Shown here one piece after another: positions 25,346-32,000 of a DNA stretch of 32,000 nt. Both the position numbers and the translations under genes were made by a program. The stretch's first letter is position 1. Each line of letters starts with the position of its first letter. Source of the stretch: Halalkalibacterium halodurans. GTDB lineage: Bacteria > Bacillota > Bacilli > Bacillales > Bacillaceae_D. The notes beneath the pieces are model-generated. The model was not told the DNA's origin. It worked only from the letters and a program-made list of their open reading frames with translations, and did not search any database. The DNA is taken from the NCBI RefSeq assembly GCF_004376175.1, contig NZ_SNUY01000006.1, positions 1 to 32,000 on the forward strand. Direction: 5' to 3'.

Positions 25346-26232
25346 TACGAGACTTTCAACTGTTCAATCAAAAACTGTAAATGTTGCCGTTGCTCAGATG
25401 TAGGTGGCACGAGCGGTAAGCGGACACCACCTGTATCGAGTCCTTTGATTTGCAAGGCGGCTTTCACACATGTAGGATTTGGCGCAGTAAATAAGCCTTT
25501 CATGATCGGCAAAAGCTTCCGGTGGAGATTTGCTGCATGCTCCACATCTCCACCCCGAAACGCCATCATCATTTGCTGCATTTCAGGTCCTATTATGTGG
25601 GAGGCGACCGACACGACCCCTTTTGCTCCGATGGATAAGGCCGGGAGTGTTAGAGAATCATCCCCACTATATAGATGAAACGTATCAGGGGTTTGTTCGA
25701 TGACCGACACCATATGATCCAAATCACCGTTCGCTTCTTTTAATGAGGTAATATTCGGGATATAAGAGAGTTTCACAATTGTTTCCGCTGATAAATTCAC
25801 AACGGAACGGCTCGGAATATTGTACAACATAACCGGCAAGTGTGTCGCTTCTGCGATCGCTGCAAAGTGAGCGTACATCCCTTCCTGAGACGGTTTATTG
25901 TAATAAGGTGTGACAGCCATAATGCCATCAACTCCAAGAGCCGTCGCTTTCTTCGTCAGTTGGGCGGAGACGTACGTATTGTTCGAACCTGCCCCTGCGA
26001 TCACTGGAACTCGTTTGTTCACAACCGTGACAACTTTTTCAAATAGGGCTAGCTTTTCTTCTTCTCTCAATGTTGGTGATTCACCAGTCGTACCTGCTAC
26101 AACGAGACCCTCTGTCCCATTGGCAAGCAAAAATTCCACAAGTCGTTCCACTTTTTCTAGATCAACATTTCCCTTTGCATCAAAAGGGGTGACCATGGCT
26201 GTAAGGACGTGGCCAAAGTCCATCATCATCAT
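25345..26232 (-). CDS. dapA: 4-hydroxy-tetrahydrodipicolinate synthase
   Basis: ~292-295 aa. Sequence includes TAMVTPFDAKGNVDLEKVERLVEFLLANGTEGLVVAGTTGESPTL. Four consecutive ATG codons follow AGGAG, so the true start is probably the third or fourth (26226 or 26223). Confidence 0.93.
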   Translation of the reverse strand: MMMMDFGHVLTAMVTPFDAKGNVDLEKVERLVEFLLANGTEGLVVAGTTGESPTLREEEKLALFEKVVTVVNKRVPVIAGAGSNNTYVSAQLTKKATALGVDGIMAVTPYYNKPSQEGMYAHFAAIAEATHLPVMLYNIPSRSVVNLSAETIVKLSYIPNITSLKEANGDLDHMVSVIEQTPDTFHLYSGDDSLTLPALSIGAKGVVSVASHIIGPEMQQMMMAFRGGDVEHAANLHRKLLPIMKGLFTAPNPTCVKAALQIKGLDTGGVRLPLVPPTSEQRQHLQFLIEQLKVS

Positions 26233-26351
26233 CTCCTAACAACGGCTGTATTTGCGCGAACAACAAGCGGTTCAGCCTCCTTCCTTAAAGGAAACTGAAA
26301 CCGCCTAGCCTTTATCGTATACTATTCATTTACCCCTTTTTTCGTTTCTTG

Positions 26352-27587
26352 TCAAACTTGTTTTTGTTTCGTTTGCTCCGATTGTTCAAGGTGGAACATG
26401 CGATGAAGCGCATTGACTGCTTTTGTTAAATCGTCTTCGCTGACGAGCACCCAAATCGTTGTATGAGAATCAGCCGATTGTAAGATACGGATGTTCTCCT
26501 GAGAAAGAGCTGCAACAATTTTAGCAGTTACACCTGGGACTCCTGTCATCCCCGCACCAACAGCAGACACCTTAGCACAATGCCGCTTCACTTCTGGATC
26601 AAAACCGAGCTCTCGTAATACTTCGATCGCCCGATCTGCCACTTCATCCATTACCGTATAAACAACACCGGTTAAATTAATGTTGATGAAATCAACGCTA
26701 ATTTTTTCAGCGGCCATCGCCCTGAACACTTTTTCCTGCAAATCAAATTCTCCATCTTTCGCGTGGACTTTGATTTGTGTCACTCCCGACATGTGGGCGA
26801 TCCCCGTGATGATCCGATCTTGGACATCCCTCGCACCAGCTTCCGTCAGCATCGAAGTGACAAGCGTTCCTTTTCCATCGGAGTACGTAGAGCGAATATG
26901 GATAGGGATCTTCGCTTGCATGGCAATTTCAACTGCGCGGGGATGGATGACTTTCGCTCCTTGATATGCCATGTTACACACTTCATTATACGTCATCGTA
27001 TCCAGTGGGCGAGCCTGACTTACGATCCGTGGATCGGCTGTCATGATCCCCTCCACGTCCGTGAAGATGTCAACCCATTCGGCATCCAGGGCTGCCCCAA
27101 GGGCCGTGGCAGACGTATCGCTTCCGCCGCGTCCAAGCGTTGTCGTCTCACCTGTAGGTGATTGACCTTGGAAACCAGCCACGACGACGACATCTTGATG
27201 AACGAGCGTCTTTTTCAAACGATCCACTTTCATATCGACTATTTTTGCATTGGTGAATTCTTCATTCGTCCGGAACCCAGCTTGTGCCCCGGTCATCGCA
27301 GTAGCTTGAATTCCTTTCTTGAGCAAAAGTTCGGTGAAAACAACCGAAGAGATGATTTCACCGCACGAGACGAGAAGATCCTGCTCTCGTTTTGCAATTG
27401 TTTTCGTATCCACTAGCTGTAAAAGGGTATCTGTCGCATAAGGATCACCGCTTCGTCCCATGGCGGAAACGACGACAACGACCTTATATCCACCCTCTAC
27501 GGCTTTTTTGACGTGTTTAGCTGCCATTTCACGTACTTCAGCCGTTTTAACCGAGGTACCACCAAACTTTTGGATGATAATTTTCAT
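26352..27587 (-). CDS. dapG: Aspartokinase I (DAP-regulated type)
   Basis: 411 aa. The N-terminus is MKIIIQKFGGTSVKT, and C-terminal ACT repeats are present. Synteny is asd-dapG-dapA. Confidence 0.92.
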   Translation of the reverse strand: MKIIIQKFGGTSVKTAEVREMAAKHVKKAVEGGYKVVVVVSAMGRSGDPYATDTLLQLVDTKTIAKREQDLLVSCGEIISSVVFTELLLKKGIQATAMTGAQAGFRTNEEFTNAKIVDMKVDRLKKTLVHQDVVVVAGFQGQSPTGETTTLGRGGSDTSATALGAALDAEWVDIFTDVEGIMTADPRIVSQARPLDTMTYNEVCNMAYQGAKVIHPRAVEIAMQAKIPIHIRSTYSDGKGTLVTSMLTEAGARDVQDRIITGIAHMSGVTQIKVHAKDGEFDLQEKVFRAMAAEKISVDFININLTGVVYTVMDEVADRAIEVLRELGFDPEVKRHCAKVSAVGAGMTGVPGVTAKIVAALSQENIRILQSADSHTTIWVLVSEDDLTKAVNALHRMFHLEQSEQTKQKQV

Positions 27588-27594
27588 ATGACAC

Positions 27595-28644
27595 CTACTT
27601 CACGAGACCGAGCTTCACGAGACTCTCTGCAATTTGCACAGAGTTCCATGCAGCCCCTTTTAATAGGTTGTCAGATACGACCCACATATGGTATCCATTA
27701 TCCCGGTCTAGATCACGGCGAAGTCGACCGACGAAGACGTCTGGCTTACCGACCGCATGGATCGCCATTGGATAAAGCTGCTCGCTCGGATTGTCCTGGA
27801 CCGTTATACCTGGAGCTGTTTCTAAAAGTCCTTTTAATTCAGAAACGGAAGCTCCGCCCTGTACGGTTTCAAAATAGACCGATTCAGAGTGTCCCGTTTC
27901 CACCGGAAGACGCACGCACGTGGCAGCTACTTCTAATTCAGGCATGTGCATAATCTTTTTCGTTTCGTTGATCATTTTCATTTCTTCAAATGTAAAACCA
28001 TTGTCTTGGAACAAATCGATTTGCGGGATGGCATTAAATGCGATTTGATAATGCTTTTTGTCCCCACCCACAGGTAAAATCTCTGGGTTTACTTCATTGC
28101 CCTCAAGCACTTCTTTCGTTTGAGTTTTCATTTCTTCAATCGCCTCAAGGCCAGCTCCAGAAACAGCTTGATACGTGGAGACAATCACTTTTTTCAAGCC
28201 GTATTTTTGCCGAATTGGCTCTAAAGCAACAACCATTTGAATCGTCGAGCAGTTCGGGTTTGCGATGACGCCATTATGGCTTTTCACATCTTCTTCATTT
28301 ACTTCCGGTACAACGAGCGGCACTTCTGGATCCATCCGGAACGCACTTGTGTTATCAACACAAATGGCACCACGTTTAATTGCTTCTGGTACAAGCTTCT
28401 TGGAAACAGAGCCACCCGCGCTAAATAAGGCAATTTGCACGCCTTCAAACGCTTCTGGAGTCGCCACCTCCACCGTATATGGTTCACCTTTAAATGTAAT
28501 CGTTTTTCCCGCAGAACGTTTAGATGAAAGTAACTTTAACTGTCCTACTGGAAAATTACGCTCTTCTAACGTTTTTAACATTTGCTGTCCTACTGCGCCT
28601 GTTGCGCCGACAACAGCTACTGAAAAAGTTTGCTGATTGGTCAT
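27595..28644 (-). CDS. asd: Aspartate-semialdehyde dehydrogenase
   Basis: 349 aa. It has [12 protein letters not shown] and [10 protein letters not shown] (active-site Cys). Confidence 0.95.
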   Translation of the reverse strand: MTNQQTFSVAVVGATGAVGQQMLKTLEERNFPVGQLKLLSSKRSAGKTITFKGEPYTVEVATPEAFEGVQIALFSAGGSVSKKLVPEAIKRGAICVDNTSAFRMDPEVPLVVPEVNEEDVKSHNGVIANPNCSTIQMVVALEPIRQKYGLKKVIVSTYQAVSGAGLEAIEEMKTQTKEVLEGNEVNPEILPVGGDKKHYQIAFNAIPQIDLFQDNGFTFEEMKMINETKKIMHMPELEVAATCVRLPVETGHSESVYFETVQGGASVSELKGLLETAPGITVQDNPSEQLYPMAIHAVGKPDVFVGRLRRDLDRDNGYHMWVVSDNLLKGAAWNSVQIAESLVKLGLVK

Positions 28645-28763
28645 TTAAGTCGTTCTCCTTCCCCTACAGTCGGTTTCTATTATGAGACGCTTTGAAATCA
28701 CATCTCGACTCTCTTCCTACAACTTTAAGGGAAATTTTTTATTTGCGCAACTCCACTCTGAGG

Positions 28764-29357
28764 CTAATCTCTGAATTTTTCAATTAAAACTGGCTGATAT
28801 TGCTGACCACGTAACGCAGCCTCTATCGTTTCCGGTAATGCTTCCATTCTAGCGACAAGAGAGTTTGGCTTGACCTGCGGATTGTCCTGGCCAAATGGAA
28901 TAAAATAAATATTTTTTGTTGCCATCAATCTCATGATATTTATCCCATTTAGGCCTAGTGCATCGTTCGTAGAAATTCCGACAACGACTGGCTTTCCATT
29001 TCTTAACGTTGCTTTGGCCCCCATGAGAACGGGAGAATCCGTCATAGCATTGGCAAACTTACTCGTTGAGTTTCCTGTCATTGGGGCGATGACCATACAA
29101 TCAAGTGGTGTTTTCGGACCAAATGGCTCAGCTTTCACCATTGAATCAACGATCGGCTCTTCAGTAATCTGCTTGATTTTATTTATCCACTCGCTGCTTT
29201 CACCAAATTTCGTATCTGTCGTTTGCACTGTATGGGTGACGAATGGCGTGACCTTCGCTCCTAACTCTACTAGTCGCTCCATCTGCGGAAGAACTTCATG
29301 ATACGTACAATGAGAACCCGTTAATCCAAATCCAACATGCTTTCCTGCAAAATTCAT
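28764..29357 (-). CDS. dpaB: Dipicolinate synthase subunit B (SpoVFB, flavoprotein)
   Basis: 197 aa. It has GFGLTGSHCTY and MTGNSTSKFANAMTDSPVLM. It follows dpaA. Confidence 0.9.
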   Translation of the reverse strand: MNFAGKHVGFGLTGSHCTYHEVLPQMERLVELGAKVTPFVTHTVQTTDTKFGESSEWINKIKQITEEPIVDSMVKAEPFGPKTPLDCMVIAPMTGNSTSKFANAMTDSPVLMGAKATLRNGKPVVVGISTNDALGLNGINIMRLMATKNIYFIPFGQDNPQVKPNSLVARMEALPETIEAALRGQQYQPVLIEKFRD

Positions 29358-29372
29358 TGATAATCTCCCCCT

Positions 29373-30251
29373 CTAAGATGGTTCAGCTAACAGTTTCACG
29401 AGGACATCAGCTAAAATGCGACCAGCTGTTTTCGGGGCAACAATCCCCGGCAATCCTGGGACGAGCAACGCTTTAATTCCCCGTTTTTCCGCATAACGAA
29501 AATCCGTGCCTCCTGGTTTAGAGGCTAAATCGATCACGAATGTGTGAGAAGGCATTTCGGCTAGCACGTTCGCCGTCACGACAAGTGCGGGAATCGTATT
29601 GATGCACACATCCACATCGCGCAGTTCTTGGGCCGCTTTGGAAATGTGGAATGGCTCCATGCCCATCTCTGCAATCCGGGCAAGCAAGTCAGATTCTCTC
29701 GCACCTACTTTTACTTTCGCTCCCAATGCCGCAAACTTACGTGCAACCGACATCCCGACACGTCCTAAACCGAGAACGGCTACGTTGGCACCATGAATCG
29801 TAAAGTCCGTGTGTTGAATCGCCATCATGATCGTTCCTTCTGCCGTAGGAATGGAATTATATATGGCGATATCATCCCGTTCCATCAGCTTGACAAGGGT
29901 CCGGTTCGTCTTTTTCATACATTGTTTTAAATACGTATTGCTAATTCCCGAGTAGACGACACAATGGTTGGGTGTTTTTTCGATCATTTCTTCCGTTAAT
30001 ACAATCGACTCATTTGAAAAGATTGTATCCACTTTTCCTGCTTCATTTGTTCCACTAATGGGTAAAAGAATCGCATCTACCGTATTCCAGTCCACTTCAT
30101 CGATTCTCATTTTCGTAACACCGATAAAGCCATCATCCAACTGATCGAATCCGACAAGGGATATCTTCGCATCAAAGGTGGACAGCTTTCGAATAATCTC
30201 TAGTTGTCTGGCATCACCGCCGATAATGACGACGTGCTTTCCCGTTAACAT
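29373..30251 (-). CDS. dpaA: Dipicolinate synthase subunit A (SpoVFA)
   Basis: The track ORF is trimmed to ATG 30251, with AAAGGAG 8 nt upstream. This gives MLTGKHVVIIGGDARQLEIIRKL. The NAD-binding motif is VAVLGLGRVG. Confidence 0.9.
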   Translation of the reverse strand: MLTGKHVVIIGGDARQLEIIRKLSTFDAKISLVGFDQLDDGFIGVTKMRIDEVDWNTVDAILLPISGTNEAGKVDTIFSNESIVLTEEMIEKTPNHCVVYSGISNTYLKQCMKKTNRTLVKLMERDDIAIYNSIPTAEGTIMMAIQHTDFTIHGANVAVLGLGRVGMSVARKFAALGAKVKVGARESDLLARIAEMGMEPFHISKAAQELRDVDVCINTIPALVVTANVLAEMPSHTFVIDLASKPGGTDFRYAEKRGIKALLVPGLPGIVAPKTAGRILADVLVKLLAEPS

Positions 30252-30313
30252 CTTGCTGACTCCTTTCTTTTCCCCCATTCATCCAAGGAATGACGGGGTG
30301 CAGCCATTCACGA

Positions 30314-30341
30314 TAGCTTATGAAAAGCCATGACATTCGGT
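30314..30341 (-). promoter_or_regulatory. Sigma-K-type promoter candidate for dpaAB
   Basis: The minus strand reads AC, a 17-nt spacer, then CATAAGCTA. This fits the sigma-K consensus AC-16/17-CATA---TA. spoVF is sigma-K dependent in B. subtilis. Confidence 0.5.
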
Positions 30342-30378
30342 GAATGGTAGATGCGGAGCCTGTCCTTCTTTCTACATT

Positions 30379-30421
30379 AAAAAAGGCTGGTTTCCCCCTA
30401 AATAAAGGAAGGTCACCAGCC
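30379..30421 (-). terminator. Intrinsic terminator of ymxH
   Basis: The minus strand has GGCTGGT...ACCAGCC outer stems with an inner TTCC/GGAA pairing, followed by TTTTTT. Confidence 0.6.
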
Positions 30422-30437
30422 ACTCATAGGAGTCTTT

Positions 30438-30686
30438 TTATGATGACTCCATATGCTCTAGATCAATGATGATCATGTCTTGACCAATTTTTTTGATCTG
30501 ATCCCAATAAACCGTCACTTCTTTTTCCTTTTTACCAAACCCAAACCAACGCATCGTTGGAATGATGAATGCCTCAATTTGCCCATTTTCCTCGTCGATG
30601 ACTAAGTCCGTTTGACCGAGTACCCCTAGACGTTCGCCTCTTTGAAAATCAATAATCTCTTTACCGCTAATTTCACTTAGCCGCAT
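30438..30686 (-). CDS. ymxH: YlmC/YmxH-family PRC-barrel sporulation protein
   Basis: The track ORF is trimmed to ATG 30686, with GGGAGGG 6 nt upstream. This gives MRLSEISGKEIIDFQRGERLGVLGQTDLVIDEENGQIEAFIIP. Length is 82 aa. Confidence 0.85.
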   Translation of the reverse strand: MRLSEISGKEIIDFQRGERLGVLGQTDLVIDEENGQIEAFIIPTMRWFGFGKKEKEVTVYWDQIKKIGQDMIIIDLEHMESS

Positions 30687-30736
30687 CGGCATCCCTCCCG
30701 TACAATTTCCCATAGTTCACATGTATGAGGAAACGA

Positions 30737-30770
30737 ACAAAAAAAGACCAGCGAGGCGCTGATCTTTGTT
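30737..30770 (-). terminator. Intrinsic terminator of mlpA
   Basis: The minus strand reads AAAGATCAGCG, loop CCT, CGCTGGTCTTT (one G-U pair), then TTTTGTT. Confidence 0.7.
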
Positions 30771-30776
30771 TTTCTA

Positions 30777-32000
30777 TTAGTGAATCAATGCTTTTGGAAG
30801 CTCACCGTTTGCATTAATCAAAGAAATGGACGGACTAGCAGATAAGAGTATTTTCGCTAAACGAGACACATCTTGCTTTTGAACTGCATTAATCTGTTCG
30901 ATCATTTCATCCAATGAACGATGTTTTTTTAATAACAGTTCATTTTTCCCATTCCTACTCATGCGGCTATTCGTGCTTTCCAAGCTTAGCATGAGGCTCC
31001 CTTTTAGCTGTTCTTTTCCGTTTTCCAATTCCTTTTCCGTCAAACCCTTTTCGGCCAGGGCTGACGTTGTCTCTTGAATCGAATAAACTAAATCATCTAG
31101 CTGGTCATGGCCTGTTCCTGCATAGATTGTAAGCATACCGCTATCCCGGAACGAAGAATGGTAGGAAAACACGGAGTAACAGAGCCCTCGCTTCTCGCGA
31201 ATGTCTTGAAACAGCCGGCTGCTCATACTACCACCTAAAACATTGTTCAACAACACAAGGGCATACACATCCTTGTCCCCAATCGGAAGTCCTGGATAAC
31301 CGAGACATAAGTGGGCTTGCTCCGTCTCTTTTTTACGTACAATCCGATTCGGAAGAAACATCGGCTTTTCCCCTTGATAGTTATAGGTTGTCGGCTTCAC
31401 CTGACTAAACGTTTCCTTGATTTTATCAATCAGTTCATCATGAACATTTCCCGCAACCGAAATGACGACATAGTCACCGGTATAGAAGCGATCCATATAA
31501 TGACGTAACATTCCCTCATTAAATGAATTTAACGTTTCCACCGTTCCGAGAATCGGATACCCGAGAGAGTGCTTTCCATAGGTTGCCGAGCTTAATAAAT
31601 CGTGAACGATATCGTCTGGCGTATCATCAACCATATTAATTTCTTCAAACACGACCTTGCGTTCTTTTTCCAGCTCTTCTTTTTGAAAAGTAGAGTGAAA
31701 GAACATGTCTGAAAGGGTATCAATAGCCTGTCCGGCATGATCGTCTAGAACTTTCGCATAATAGCACGTATATTCTTTCGACGTAAATGCATTGACTTGA
31801 CCGCCAATCGAGTCAAAAAACTCGGCAATCTCCTGAGCAGACCTCGTATTCGTCCCTTTGAAAAACATATGCTCAAGAAAATGAGAGATGCCGTTTTCTT
31901 CAGCTGATTCATGCCTTGAGCCCGTTCCCACCCATATCCCGATGGATACGGAGCGAACGGTTGACATCTTCTCGGTAATAATCCGAACACCGTTATCTAG
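30777..32000 (-). CDS. mlpA: M16-family zinc peptidase MlpA/YmxG (5' end just outside the window)
   Basis: The frame stays open to position 32000. The codons upstream of the track Met read LDNGVRIITEK, the usual conserved N-terminal strand, so the real start lies beyond the window. The HFLEH zinc motif is present (GISHFLEHMFFKG). Confidence 0.88.
   Translation of the reverse strand, partial: LDNGVRIITEKMSTVRSVSIGIWVGTGSRHESAEENGISHFLEHMFFKGTNTRSAQEIAEFFDSIGGQVNAFTSKEYTCYYAKVLDDHAGQAIDTLSDMFFHSTFQKEELEKERKVVFEEINMVDDTPDDIVHDLLSSATYGKHSLGYPILGTVETLNSFNEGMLRHYMDRFYTGDYVVISVAGNVHDELIDKIKETFSQVKPTTYNYQGEKPMFLPNRIVRKKETEQAHLCLGYPGLPIGDKDVYALVLLNNVLGGSMSSRLFQDIREKRGLCYSVFSYHSSFRDSGMLTIYAGTGHDQLDDLVYSIQETTSALAEKGLTEKELENGKEQLKGSLMLSLESTNSRMSRNGKNELLLKKHRSLDEMIEQINAVQKQDVSRLAKILLSASPSISLINANGELPKALIH

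Noticed and set aside
30214-30423. 69-aa minus-strand ORF upstream of dpaA
   Set aside because: It spans the ymxH terminator and the sigma-K-type promoter, overlaps the dpaA start out of frame, and has no SD.
31745-31990. 81-aa minus-strand ORF at the window end
   Set aside because: It is an alternative frame inside the well-supported mlpA CDS.
1-32000. CRISPR arrays, tRNA or rRNA genes
   Set aside because: I found no regularly spaced direct repeats and no cloverleaf-like or rRNA-like segments by eye in the intergenic regions. A tRNAscan/Rfam run would be needed to exclude small RNAs formally.

Overview
This is a chromosomal segment of a spore-forming Bacillaceae. Every credible gene lies on the minus strand. 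Read 32000->1, the order is mlpA (start just outside the window), ymxH, dpaA, dpaB, asd, dapG, dapA, rnjB, [IS1182-family IS], tepA, ylzJ, spoIIIE, ymfC, ymfF, ymfH, ymfI, ymfJ, ymfK, rodZ, yajQ-like, pgsA, cinA, [DEAD-box RNA helicase], recA, [four-gene Mre11/SbcD plus split Rad50/SbcC-like module], rny, [ISL3-family IS, partial]. The backbone matches the Bacillus subtilis mlpA..rny region as I remember it. No database was searched.

Departures from that backbone:
(1) A compact four-gene operon (2377-5715) lies between recA and rny. It encodes an SbcD-like phosphoesterase and a Rad50/SbcC-like ATPase delivered as three separate polypeptides. The first break falls five codons after the CxxC zinc hook. 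This is my best candidate for an undescribed system.
(2) A 539-aa DEAD-box helicase with a DbpA-type RNA-binding tail sits between cinA and recA and overlaps the cinA 3' end.
(3) A YajQ-family gene lies between rodZ and pgsA.
(4) An apparently complete IS1182-family element lies 7 nt after the rnjB stop codon.
(5) An ISL3-family element lies just beyond the rny terminator.
(6) A ~550-bp ORF-free region lies upstream of rnjB.

I recognised no tRNA, rRNA or CRISPR array. Several ORF-track starts were moved to Shine-Dalgarno-supported internal starts. All function calls rest on motifs read by eye in the translations and on remembered synteny.
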